This document shows, one piece after another, positions 37,691 through 46,890 of a DNA stretch of 64,000 nt (the first letter of the stretch is position 1; the number at the start of each line of letters is the position of its first letter). Below the pieces are notes generated by a model. The model was not told the DNA's origin. It ran no database searches and worked only from the letters and a program-made list of their open reading frames with translations. The position numbers and the translations under genes were made by a program. Source of the stretch: a virus; the IMG/VR virus record IMGVR_UViG_3300031851_000004, positions 35,271 through 99,270 of that record. One strand, written 5' to 3'.

Positions 37691-38620
37691 ATGACAGATC
37701 CATTTAAAAATCTAGTAGGACAAAAAAATGTAAAGAAAAAGCTTAATTTTTATTTAAAAGCTTTTCGTAAAACAAGAATGAATCCATTTCTTGGGTTCTT
37801 TGGAGCAAAAGGGTTAGGCAAGACTGAGTTTGCGAATGCTTATGCTAGAAATTTAACTAATATAGATGGAAGCAAAAGAACCATCATGGAAATTAATTGT
37901 TCTACCATTAAGAATAACGATAGTTTTTTCGATCAAATATTTATTCCTTATATTTTAAATAATGAAGTAACTGTTTTGTTCGATGAAGCTCATGCGTTGC
38001 CAAATGACTTAACAATGGCTTTACTATCCATATTAGACACTAGACACTCTCATCTTAGAGATTTTACTTGGAAGGATACAGTCTTCCCATTTAATTTTAA
38101 ACATCAAAGTTTTATTTTTGCGACTACAGAAAGTGATAAATTGTTTCCTCCATTAAAAGACAGACTAACTTCTGTTGATTTTGATTCTTATTCTCCTAAA
38201 GAATTAGGCGAGATTTTATCATTGTCTATTGAGTGTGATGTAAATAAAGATGTTTTAACTCAACTTAGTAGTGTGGTGAGGGGTAATGCTAGAAATGCGA
38301 TCATGAAAGCTAAAGATATAAATCTTTATATAGCTTCTGAAAATGTTAAAAAATTCACAATGTATCATTATAATAAATTTTGTGAGATATTGGGTGTTTT
38401 ACCTTTTGGAATTAGTTGCACAGAGAAACAAATACTTGAAGTTTTAAAGGAAAAAGGTGCTTGCACTTTGTCTATGCTCGCAGCAAAAACAGGATTGAGC
38501 GCTACATCGTTAAGATGCGATCACGAAAAATATCTTTTAAGACAAAACTTAATGGAGATAGATGTAAAAAGAAAGATAACTCCATTAGGTAGGGAAGTTA
38601 TGAAAAAAGTTCCTGCTTAA
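37691..38620 (+). CDS. ruvB: Holliday junction branch-migration ATPase, RuvB-like
   Basis: LVGQ, GAKGLGKT, FDEAH, ATT, PLKDR, RG.AR, E.YL and R.IT motifs. Confidence 0.85.
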   Translation: MTDPFKNLVGQKNVKKKLNFYLKAFRKTRMNPFLGFFGAKGLGKTEFANAYARNLTNIDGSKRTIMEINCSTIKNNDSFFDQIFIPYILNNEVTVLFDEAHALPNDLTMALLSILDTRHSHLRDFTWKDTVFPFNFKHQSFIFATTESDKLFPPLKDRLTSVDFDSYSPKELGEILSLSIECDVNKDVLTQLSSVVRGNARNAIMKAKDINLYIASENVKKFTMYHYNKFCEILGVLPFGISCTEKQILEVLKEKGACTLSMLAAKTGLSATSLRCDHEKYLLRQNLMEIDVKRKITPLGREVMKKVPA

Positions 38621-38862
38621 TTTTTGTTGTTTAATTTTTCAAATATTTTAATTACATCTTCTCTTCTGTCTTCTAGAAGTCTTTGTGTTTGAATCCACCT
38701 CTCGCAGTCTCTAGCTCCATTTTCAGCTAAAGCGATTTCAATGCGTCTTAATTTTTCAGCGATTCTTTCTATTCTAGCGTTCTCTCTTTTCAAGAAAAAA
38801 GCTACAATAGAAATTGTTCCGCCTAAAATAATAAAAATAATATTAGATAACTCTACTTCCAT
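38617..38862 (-). CDS. TM plus coiled-coil protein (holin/hemolysin-like)
   Basis: N-terminal TM; GTGTA motif 10 nt upstream of ATG 38862. Confidence 0.55.
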   Translation of the reverse strand: MEVELSNIIFIILGGTISIVAFFLKRENARIERIAEKLRRIEIALAENGARDCERWIQTQRLLEDRREDVIKIFEKLNNKN

Positions 38863-38884
38863 AACTATATTATACACTTTTTTC

Positions 38885-38913
38885 TTGACAACCCTTTGTG
38901 ATTAAAGTATAAT
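38885..38913 (+). promoter_or_regulatory. perfect sigma70 consensus promoter
   Basis: TTGACA-17-TATAAT, ATG 9 nt downstream. Confidence 0.85.
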
Positions 38914-38922
38914 TCTACAATT

Positions 38923-39972
38923 ATGACAAATACAATATTAGGCTTAACCTGTATCAGTGAAGAACTTAAAGAAAAAGATAAGGCAAAATATTCTTTTAAA
39001 ACTATGACCCGCAAACGTTTTAATGATTTGTGTAATACAATAGGTAGGAATGAAGCTCTTAGTCAATTATCTGAAAGAATTTTGCATAATGTTGTTGTTA
39101 CTCAATATATTATCAATCATTGTGCTAGGACAAATATTAGGCATTATCGTGTTAGTTCTTCTCTTTTCCCTCTCGTTACCGATGAAAGTTTGGAAATATC
39201 TCTTGAAGACCTCTCTGATTACCCTAGGATTAAAGAAGAGTTAAGGCTTGCGGGTTTAATGGCTTTATCATTTAAAATATCAATAAGCACTCATCCCGAT
39301 CAATTTAACGTTCTCGCCTCTACTAATCAAAAATCCGTAGAAAGAACGATAAAGGAATTAAATTTTCAATCTAGTATATTAGATAAGCTAGGTTTACCCC
39401 AAGATCACACTTCCCCTATAAACATTCATCTCAATTGTGGTGTAGGCACTCCAAAAAAACTAGAGATAGATGCCGAATCTCTTAATAATTTTGTTATATC
39501 AGAAGTTGCAGATAGATTTTATAAAAATTTAATGAGATGTGATCAAGGATTAATAAAACGACTAACATTAGAAAATGAAGATAGGGGTCATTGGAATGTA
39601 GATAATATTTTAAAATTTAGTGAATATTTATTTAATAAATATGATTTAAATATACCTATATGTTATGATAATTTGCATGATAATTGCAATCCATCTGAGG
39701 TTCTTAACATAAAATGGCAAGCTGAAAGATGTGCTTATACATGGGTCAAGCAAGGAAATTTAGATTTAATAGAAGGCTCTCATTTTATAGCTCCTGTTTT
39801 TCATTGGTCTGAGGGTAGGAACGATGGGAGTAATAACCCTCGCGCTCATGGAGATTACTTTAGCTTTAAGAATTATCCTCCAATAATCGCTATTGATCCA
39901 AATAATGAAGCTAAGTGGGAATGCGAAGTGAAAGCTAAAGACCTAGCAATTAGAAAATTGATAAATGATTAA
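38923..39972 (+). CDS. uvsE: UV-damage endonuclease
   Basis: RVSS.LFP, HPDQF, LENED, D.LH, HWSE, AH.DY and EVKAKD motifs. Confidence 0.9.
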   Translation: MTNTILGLTCISEELKEKDKAKYSFKTMTRKRFNDLCNTIGRNEALSQLSERILHNVVVTQYIINHCARTNIRHYRVSSSLFPLVTDESLEISLEDLSDYPRIKEELRLAGLMALSFKISISTHPDQFNVLASTNQKSVERTIKELNFQSSILDKLGLPQDHTSPINIHLNCGVGTPKKLEIDAESLNNFVISEVADRFYKNLMRCDQGLIKRLTLENEDRGHWNVDNILKFSEYLFNKYDLNIPICYDNLHDNCNPSEVLNIKWQAERCAYTWVKQGNLDLIEGSHFIAPVFHWSEGRNDGSNNPRAHGDYFSFKNYPPIIAIDPNNEAKWECEVKAKDLAIRKLIND

Positions 39973-41750
39973 TGTTTCATCAAACAAATTTTAATTTTAT
40001 TTCTCCACTTGGCTTGGATGAATATAAAAGTAATAATGAATTACCTTTGTTATCAAGAGAAACATATAAATTTAACAAAAGGGTAAAAGATAAGTTAGAG
40101 ATTGATCCCCTACGAGAGGTATTGCTTTTTCATAATCATTTATTTAGCCTTAAAGGTCATGAATATGCAAATAATAAATCAAATATTATTAATAATTTCA
40201 TAAATTGGATAAAATCTAAAAAAAATTTTAATAAAGAAACTTATATATTAGAGCAAATAACTAAAGAAGATTTAAACTCGTATTCCTCTTACCTTACGAG
40301 AAAAAAATTATCTAATCACCTTATCTATATATATTTCTCTGCGGTTAAGAATTTTTTTTACTATTGTTATTCAAATAAACTTATAAGTACAAAAAGTGTA
40401 TTTTTTGAGCAATTTGATTTTTCGGGAGATAGTGTTATTCAGAATGAGTCGGTTGGTATAATATATAAAATATCTAATCAAATAAGATTTGATCCCACAC
40501 ATCCTTTGTACAAATCCCTAAAGCCTTGGGATACCGATTATGTAGGTCAATCCTCGCAACCGCTTGACAAAAGATACCCCGAAGGCATAGAAGAAACACA
40601 TAATAAGTATTTAAGGGAGTCTATTGAAAAGTTTGGACTAGAAAATTTCTCAATAGAGGAAATACAGACCGAAGTAATTTTAAAAGAGTTAAATAGAGAA
40701 GAATCTAAATGGGTGAATCTGAATGATTGTATATACCCTAGAGGTTATAATATAAATATTCCATCGTTTGACGATTGGAAACCTATTTCTCGCAACGAAA
40801 GATGGATAAGAAATATGGAGACAGGTAAAGTTTTTTCAGTAAATAATTTAAAAACTTTTTGTAAAAATCCACATTTTTATGATCAAGGCTTGAGCAAACC
40901 AAAAGATTATAAAATAAATTATACTCAAATGTCAAATTGCTTGACAGGATACATATCACCAACAGACAGACAAAATGGTATAAATCTTCCCCACAAAGTT
41001 TTTGTTGATATATATTGTCCTGCTAGATATACTACATCTGACCTTGATTCTTTTGCAAATTTTAGGTACAAGAAAAGTGTAATTGATTTTTGTGAGACTT
41101 TAAAGTTTCCAATCGAGCTTGTTAACGCAAGACTTGTGGAGGATTTTGTAATTGATAGCCAGGAAGATGTAATTGATATTATTTGCGAAAAAAAGTTTTG
41201 TCGCTTAGGTGAATTTAAAAAATTATTTCAATGTTATGAATCAAATGAAAAATATCCTTTGGCTTTTCCCATCGCAAGAATAAATGAAAACTACTTTGTC
41301 CACAAAGATAATTTCAAAAATTATTATGCTTGGTGGATGTATGATCTTGAAGGAAAAGAAATTTTACTAAAAATAAATCATCCCAAAATAGGTGATATAG
41401 AATTTTATTGGAATGACTTGGGTAAATTAGCATTAGAATTAAATAAAAACGAAGTGTTTAAGGGGACTAATATACCACAAAATAAAGATATAATTCACTC
41501 AACAATAGGCAGAAGTCTTAGGGGCATAGTCACAGGAAGGAATAGAACTGCTTATGGGATTAAATTCAATCCTTGTGGAGATCATTTCAAACTAGACATA
41601 AAAAGATTTCTTAAAAATAAATATGTTGAAAAAGTTTTAAATCAAGGTTATGATGTCTTATTCCCCATCAACAAATACAAAAAAGAAGAACAATTAATTA
41701 TTAAAAAAATATTTAAATTATTAGAATGTGAATCATATTTGCGAGAGTAG
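39972..41750 (+). CDS. GIY-YIG endonuclease with N-terminal integrase SAM-like domain
   Basis: GIIYKI..YVGQS..KRY..KFG.ENF..E..GYNI; ITKEDL..Y..YL...LS....Y..AVK.FF.Y. Confidence 0.7.
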   Translation: MFHQTNFNFISPLGLDEYKSNNELPLLSRETYKFNKRVKDKLEIDPLREVLLFHNHLFSLKGHEYANNKSNIINNFINWIKSKKNFNKETYILEQITKEDLNSYSSYLTRKKLSNHLIYIYFSAVKNFFYYCYSNKLISTKSVFFEQFDFSGDSVIQNESVGIIYKISNQIRFDPTHPLYKSLKPWDTDYVGQSSQPLDKRYPEGIEETHNKYLRESIEKFGLENFSIEEIQTEVILKELNREESKWVNLNDCIYPRGYNINIPSFDDWKPISRNERWIRNMETGKVFSVNNLKTFCKNPHFYDQGLSKPKDYKINYTQMSNCLTGYISPTDRQNGINLPHKVFVDIYCPARYTTSDLDSFANFRYKKSVIDFCETLKFPIELVNARLVEDFVIDSQEDVIDIICEKKFCRLGEFKKLFQCYESNEKYPLAFPIARINENYFVHKDNFKNYYAWWMYDLEGKEILLKINHPKIGDIEFYWNDLGKLALELNKNEVFKGTNIPQNKDIIHSTIGRSLRGIVTGRNRTAYGIKFNPCGDHFKLDIKRFLKNKYVEKVLNQGYDVLFPINKYKKEEQLIIKKIFKLLECESYLRE

Positions 41751-41817
41751 CTCAGTTGGATAGAGCATCTGCCTTCTAAGCAGAATGTCGTGAGTTCAAG
41801 TCTCACCTCTCGCGCCA
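41741..41817 (+). tRNA. tRNA-Arg (anticodon TCT)
   Basis: GCGAGAG/CTCTCGC acceptor, TCTGC-CTTCTAA-GCAGA anticodon arm, GTTCAA T-loop, encoded CCA. Confidence 0.97.
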
Positions 41818-41858
41818 TTTTTAATTGAATAAACGTTAGCTACAATTTATTATATATA

Positions 41859-42053
41859 ATGATGAAAAAAATATGGTTAATATGGGCGCGCACCTTAGAT
41901 CACCGAGTAGGCAGAACTGATGATGATGAACCCGACATTCCAATCCTCTCCTTAAAAGATGCACAAATAAGTTTGTTAATAAGAACTATTATAATCTTAA
42001 TAAATATTATAACTTGTGGTTTTATAATAGCGAACATAATTAAAAATTGGTAA
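41859..42053 (+). CDS. small membrane protein
   Basis: W.IWA..L motif plus C-terminal TM. Confidence 0.6.
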   Translation: MMKKIWLIWARTLDHRVGRTDDDEPDIPILSLKDAQISLLIRTIIILINIITCGFIIANIIKNW

Positions 42054-42054
42054 C

Positions 42055-42417
42055 ATGAATACTAAAACTAAATTTGTAGAAAAAAGATGGGGGCATGAAA
42101 TATGGTTCGCAAACAATGAAGAAGAAAATTATTGTGGTAAAGAATTATTTATTAAGGAAGAATGTCATACATCTATGCACTTTCACCTTAAAAAGCATGA
42201 AGTGTTTTATATATTAGAGGGTCAGCTTGCACTTGAATTAATTTGCACAAAAATCGGTCAATCAACCCAAATCATCTTAAATAAAGGCGATAAATACGAA
42301 ATAGAGCAAGGTCAACCCCATCAACTTATTGCTCACAATGGATCAGTAAGACTAATTGAAGCAAGCACATTTCATAAAAATTCAGACTCATATAGAGTCT
42401 ATGACGAATTAAGGTAA
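42055..42417 (+). CDS. cupin (mannose-6-phosphate isomerase-like)
   Basis: VEKRWGHE, SMHFH..K.E.F, H and EAST..DSYR motifs. Confidence 0.8.
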   Translation: MNTKTKFVEKRWGHEIWFANNEEENYCGKELFIKEECHTSMHFHLKKHEVFYILEGQLALELICTKIGQSTQIILNKGDKYEIEQGQPHQLIAHNGSVRLIEASTFHKNSDSYRVYDELR

Positions 42418-42641
42418 TGAGTGATAGCTTTAATAAATTTAAAAAAACTATAGAAGAAGAAATAATATTTTTAGAAGATGAAAAAATTTGTGAATATGAC
42501 CCTAGATATGAAAAAAATATGAATTTATTACCTTTAAGCAAGTGGGGCAGGGCAATCTCAGAGCAAGAAGCAAAGATTGATGTCTTAAAAAAAATATTAA
42601 TTAAATTAAAAGAAAATGAGGAAAAAAAATCTGCCCGATAG
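42417..42641 (+). CDS. hypothetical protein
   Basis: Coupled ORF. Confidence 0.5.
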   Translation: MSDSFNKFKKTIEEEIIFLEDEKICEYDPRYEKNMNLLPLSKWGRAISEQEAKIDVLKKILIKLKENEEKKSAR

Positions 42642-43005
42642 TTATGTTCCAAATGCTTATGCCTTACCCTACGGAAGTAATTTATCTGCCCCCGTAATTA
42701 AACCCGATCATAGTCTTGGTGGATGGAAAGTTGGTGCAGTACACTCTGCAAATAAACATTATGAAGATCGATTTAATAAATTAAAAAAAGAATTAGAAGA
42801 ATTAGTGGAAGATGTTAAGTGGAACGAAATAATATTTAATGCAGAAATGAGAATGAAACCTGTCATTGGAAATATATATCACCTTTACAAAAAAGGCAAT
42901 CAAAAGAATTTCATGAGCTTGTTTGCTCCGAATGAATGTTCTTGGGGGGAAACTCATATCGGGAGCTTTAGGTTAAATTACGATAATCGTTGGGAAAAGA
43001 CTTGA
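42616..43005 (+). CDS. DUF2452-like protein
   Basis: LPY..AP.I, PVIG.IYHLY and P.E.W motifs. Confidence 0.6.
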   Translation: MRKKNLPDSYVPNAYALPYGSNLSAPVIKPDHSLGGWKVGAVHSANKHYEDRFNKLKKELEELVEDVKWNEIIFNAEMRMKPVIGNIYHLYKKGNQKNFMSLFAPNECSWGETHIGSFRLNYDNRWEKT

Positions 43006-43036
43006 CCGCCTTCTAGTCTTGTGCTACTATGTAGCG

Positions 43037-43522
43037 ATGAATATAGAAATAATTGATGGCAACTTGTTAAAGATGCACTTTCATGGGTTGGATTACATTG
43101 CTCATTCTTGCAACACAAATAATGTAATGGGCGCAGGTATCGCTCTTGATATAAAACATACTTACCCCCAAGCATATAGTGCCGATTGCCATGCGATGAT
43201 GGAAGGTGAAAATGTTTTGGGTAATTATAGTTTTGCATGGACTGATGCTACTCAAAGCAAAGGCATCTATAATATGTATACTCAAGATAAGGTTGGGGGC
43301 GAAAGAGCAGTTAATTATGAAGCATTTTATGTTGCACTAGAAAATGTCGCAGATCACATTGAATGGCAAAGTAAGCATGATGAAGAAGAAAAGGTTTTAG
43401 GTTTACCCTACGGCATCTCTTGTGGACTTGCGGGAGGCAGTTGGGGTGTTATTTTTTCTATGATAAATAATATTTTAGTTGACAGAAGTTTTAAAACCTA
43501 TATGATTAGATACCATGAATAG
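43037..43522 (+). CDS. macrodomain ADP-ribose hydrolase (TARG1/DarG-like)
   Basis: GNLL, HSCN..MGAGIA, I.CGLAGG.W motifs; start set by leaderless promoter 43002-43030. Confidence 0.85.
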   Translation: MNIEIIDGNLLKMHFHGLDYIAHSCNTNNVMGAGIALDIKHTYPQAYSADCHAMMEGENVLGNYSFAWTDATQSKGIYNMYTQDKVGGERAVNYEAFYVALENVADHIEWQSKHDEEEKVLGLPYGISCGLAGGSWGVIFSMINNILVDRSFKTYMIRYHE

Positions 43523-43766
43523 ATTTGAACTAGAAGACGCGATGAGTGACTTGCACCAAATAGGTGAAGACATAGAAACAATAATATATGCTATTGGAGA
43601 CTCTCCTGTCAAGCATACCGAAGACCAACTATTAAATATGTTGATCGGAATGAAACAACTACATAATACTCGCTATCAAAAAATGTGGAATATATTTGAG
43701 GAATTAATTAAACATAAAATTATATCAGATGAAAATATCAGTTTTCCATCAAACAACAAAAGTTAA
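43515..43766 (+). CDS. hypothetical phage protein
   Basis: Coupled ORF. Confidence 0.55.
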   Translation: MNRFELEDAMSDLHQIGEDIETIIYAIGDSPVKHTEDQLLNMLIGMKQLHNTRYQKMWNIFEELIKHKIISDENISFPSNNKS

Positions 43767-43771
43767 ATAAT

Positions 43772-44032
43772 ATGGATATATCTACCATTGAAATGAGGAT
43801 GTATAATCCCGAAGCTAAAGTTCAATTAATAGATTCAGAAACTCCGTTTGTGTTAAAAAACTCAAATTCTCTTATGGTTGAGGGGGTTTACGATTCATCT
43901 TTTAAGCTCACCCCTTGGGGTGCTGATATGGTTATTTCTGTTACTGACCCATTTGTGATATTAGAGAATGGGGAAAGGCTTATTGCGATAGAATTGTATG
44001 CAAAGCATAGGGACTTTAAATTAATTAGATAA
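43772..44032 (+). CDS. hypothetical protein (paralog of 45044)
   Basis: L.PWGA....(V/I)TDP shared motif. Confidence 0.55.
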   Translation: MDISTIEMRMYNPEAKVQLIDSETPFVLKNSNSLMVEGVYDSSFKLTPWGADMVISVTDPFVILENGERLIAIELYAKHRDFKLIR

Positions 44033-44097
44033 TAAATAGTTATTATTTTTTTATTTATTTCTTGACATACTTATTAATTTTTGGTAATATTTTAATT

Positions 44098-44676
44098 ATG
44101 AGCGGAGAAGGACACACAACAAGTTTCAAAAGAACGACACAGACTAGCAAGTCTAACGAACAACTCTTAGAGGAGTTTAAACGTTTAGTTTATTCTAGCA
44201 AAAAGGTTATGTCTCATATGAAATGGTACGGCAAGGAGCATAGTGTTGAACTTGTAGAGCATGGAGATGAAGAGCAACCAAAATGGAGGCAAGAAAGTGT
44301 TGCAATTAAAGATACTTTTGAATTTTATATTAGCACTTATGAATCTTGGGGTAAGGATTCAAATTATTACGAATGCCATAAAACAGAGGGAAGTTTCGTT
44401 TCTCTTGCTAGGGAATTCGCACATAATAATAAATTAATGTATTTCCCCGATGGTTTTCCTGCTGAATGGATTGAGCAAGAAATAATTGATGGAGAAAAAA
44501 ATTGGAATCATTTTATTGTAAAACCCGATGATAAAAACATTGACAGAATTTGCGAAGTTTGGTATGATTATGGAATACAAAAGTTAAAAGATGATTCCAA
44601 AGAACTTTGGTATCAAGTTAGAGATAAAATCAAGCAATTAATGGAGAATAGATATGAATGTGAATGCACAAGATAG
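44098..44676 (+). CDS. hypothetical protein
   Basis: Start at ATG 7 nt after TTGACA-17-TAATAT. Confidence 0.6.
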   Translation: MSGEGHTTSFKRTTQTSKSNEQLLEEFKRLVYSSKKVMSHMKWYGKEHSVELVEHGDEEQPKWRQESVAIKDTFEFYISTYESWGKDSNYYECHKTEGSFVSLAREFAHNNKLMYFPDGFPAEWIEQEIIDGEKNWNHFIVKPDDKNIDRICEVWYDYGIQKLKDDSKELWYQVRDKIKQLMENRYECECTR

Positions 44677-44860
44677 TAAAATGAATATAGTTCCTAGTAA
44701 TGATCAAGGAGAAGATTTTGAAATGACTAGTCACTTTGCTTGGCTTAAAGTCGGAGATTACTCTCTTCAGATCGTAGACGATGCTGATGAGTTAAGGGTA
44801 AGAGTTTACCCTTATGGAGATGAGCTTGAAGAAATTGACACCTTATACATTGCTAAATGA
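44654..44860 (+). CDS. small acidic protein
   Basis: ORF in early array. Confidence 0.5.
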   Translation: MNVNAQDSKMNIVPSNDQGEDFEMTSHFAWLKVGDYSLQIVDDADELRVRVYPYGDELEEIDTLYIAK

Positions 44861-45042
44861 GCTTTATATCTTACATTGCAGTTGATTGGAATAAAGCGAA
44901 TCCAATTTTACCACAAAGACCAATTCTAATGACGAAGACAGAAGCATTTAAATTAAATAAACAATTGCTTTTAAATGGTGAAAAGAAAAGATATATCAGA
45001 GAAGAACTAGGTTTAAGTTTAAACAATACAAATAAAAAATAA
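44857..45042 (+). CDS. hypothetical protein
   Basis: Coupled ORF. Confidence 0.5.
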   Translation: MSFISYIAVDWNKANPILPQRPILMTKTEAFKLNKQLLLNGEKKRYIREELGLSLNNTNKK

Positions 45043-45043
45043 T

Positions 45044-45322
45044 ATGAGCGTAAAAGATAGTCATTTAACAATTAGAGAAGATTTAGTCGAAGAGGGTTTG
45101 TCTGTACCTGTTTGGTTTCTTGATTACAAAGAAGATATTCATGTAGAAGATACTCCTACATTGAATATTGATTGTGATTACTCTACTGATGGAGAAGAAT
45201 TAAATCCTTGGGGAGCAAATGTCATAGTAAAAATTACCGATCCTAATCAAGTTGATAAATATGGTAAACCTTGGAAAGATAGGTTAGCCTTTGCAATATC
45301 AGCAGATTTTGATTGGAACTAG
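45044..45322 (+). CDS. hypothetical protein (paralog of 43772)
   Basis: LNPWGANVIVKITDP. Confidence 0.55.
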   Translation: MSVKDSHLTIREDLVEEGLSVPVWFLDYKEDIHVEDTPTLNIDCDYSTDGEELNPWGANVIVKITDPNQVDKYGKPWKDRLAFAISADFDWN

Positions 45323-45332
45323 GTATTGAGTT

Positions 45333-45623
45333 ATGTGGAATTATAGAATAATTAAAAATAAAGACAAGTCTTATGGGTTGTATGAAGTAATATATAATGA
45401 TGATGGGCAAATTTCAGCACATTCGGAAAATTCAGAAATTATAGGAGAAAGCCCCGAAGATATAATGCAAACATTAAGATTAATGCTTGACGATGCAAAT
45501 AAAAGTTATTACAATGTACTAGAGTATGATAAAATAAAATTTGCTCCTCTTTGCGATGAGAGTGAAAAATCTGAAGCAATAACCTTGGACGAATTATATG
45601 GGCATGAAGGAGAAATCAAATAA
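45333..45623 (+). CDS. conserved phage hypothetical protein (MWNYRI type)
   Basis: WNYRI..YGLYEV.Y..G pattern. Confidence 0.6.
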   Translation: MWNYRIIKNKDKSYGLYEVIYNDDGQISAHSENSEIIGESPEDIMQTLRLMLDDANKSYYNVLEYDKIKFAPLCDESEKSEAITLDELYGHEGEIK

Positions 45624-45737
45624 AAAAGTTAAAAAAACAAAATCTAAGCCAAAACACAGAAATGGAAAAGGAGATTCTCCTAGAAATATATCTGAAGATT
45701 TTAAGAAAAATTACGAACAAATAAATTGGAAAAAAAA

Positions 45738-46031
45738 ATGATTAATTGGATTAAAATCGAAGATAAAGTTCCCGAAGAGGGAAAGAGATTGCTTTACTTC
45801 TTTGAAGGCACAGGAGTATGGACAGGTTTTTATTATGGTAGAGACGAAGACTACCCCGATTCAAATAACCATGTGTTTGGTAGCAATGCAGGATTCTTAA
45901 CGGGAGATGTCACTCATTATTGCTACATTGATTATCCCGAAGGTGAAGATGCAGAGTGGAGAGTTGACGCAGATAGAGAATTTTTTGAAGAAACTAAATT
46001 TCAAATAAAATCCCGTAGAATCTTTAGATAA
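45738..46031 (+). CDS. DUF551-like protein
   Basis: WIKIEDKVP...VTHY. Confidence 0.6.
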   Translation: MINWIKIEDKVPEEGKRLLYFFEGTGVWTGFYYGRDEDYPDSNNHVFGSNAGFLTGDVTHYCYIDYPEGEDAEWRVDADREFFEETKFQIKSRRIFR

Positions 46032-46324
46032 TGAAAACATTACATAATACTAGAAATTGCAATTACAGAAAATTCTTGCACAAGAAATTAAAGCATGGAA
46101 AAATAAGTGGTAAATTTTATAAGTTTCTTTGTAGGAACTTTCCTTATCGAGTTAATGCAAGAGAGGTGACAATTTGTGTCACTATGGTTCTTGATGGCAG
46201 AATGACAGAAAATAAAGCTATCTCTACCCTACAAGGAGCAGGGAATGAACTTAGGCGACAAAAAGAATTATACAAATCAAATGTGGAGTGCAGAAAGAGA
46301 ACAGGATCGAAACAAATAAATTAA
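46031..46324 (+). CDS. basic hypothetical protein
   Basis: Coupled ORF. Confidence 0.5.
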   Translation: MKTLHNTRNCNYRKFLHKKLKHGKISGKFYKFLCRNFPYRVNAREVTICVTMVLDGRMTENKAISTLQGAGNELRRQKELYKSNVECRKRTGSKQIN

Positions 46325-46329
46325 ATATT

Positions 46330-46548
46330 ATGAATACTAAATTATACAATATGTTAAAATCTGATATTGAAGCTAGAAAGTGCAAGGCTTTATTAACCTT
46401 ACATCTTATGGATGAGAAATCTGTCGGGATAGGAGATCATTCGACTGATGATTTTTATAACAATGCCAAAGATGCCATTTCTGAGCTTGCAACTGCAAAT
46501 GATGAACTTGATGCGTTAAATCAATACGTTGAAGAAGGTATTTCGTAA
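46330..46548 (+). CDS. conserved phage hypothetical protein
   Basis: VGIGDHS motif. Confidence 0.6.
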   Translation: MNTKLYNMLKSDIEARKCKALLTLHLMDEKSVGIGDHSTDDFYNNAKDAISELATANDELDALNQYVEEGIS

Positions 46549-46890
46549 ATTAAATGATCACAATAGAAGATACAAATAACGAAAAATATTACATTAACCC
46601 TTCTCATGTTATTTATGTAAAGAGAAGACCAAATTTGTCTTTGCCTCAATACAAAATACTATTATCTAATGGTGAAATCATTATGACTGATAATAAAGAA
46701 GGTGCTATGGCTATTGTAATGTCAATGAAATGAGAATACTTTTAAGTAAATTACTTTATTATATGGGGCATTTAGTTAGTGTCTTTCTGTATTGTGATTG
46801 GCTTTGTTTTTTATATCCTGTTTATAAGAAATTAATGGTTTGGAGTTCTGCCCTTGACAAAGATGGGAAAGTATGGGATACTACGAATAA

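Noticed and set aside
39972-41817. Tyrosine integrase with tRNA attachment site (prophage boundary)
   Set aside because: Only a SAM-like domain; no R-H-R-Y catalytic domain, no duplicated tRNA 3' end, and phage-like genes on both sides.
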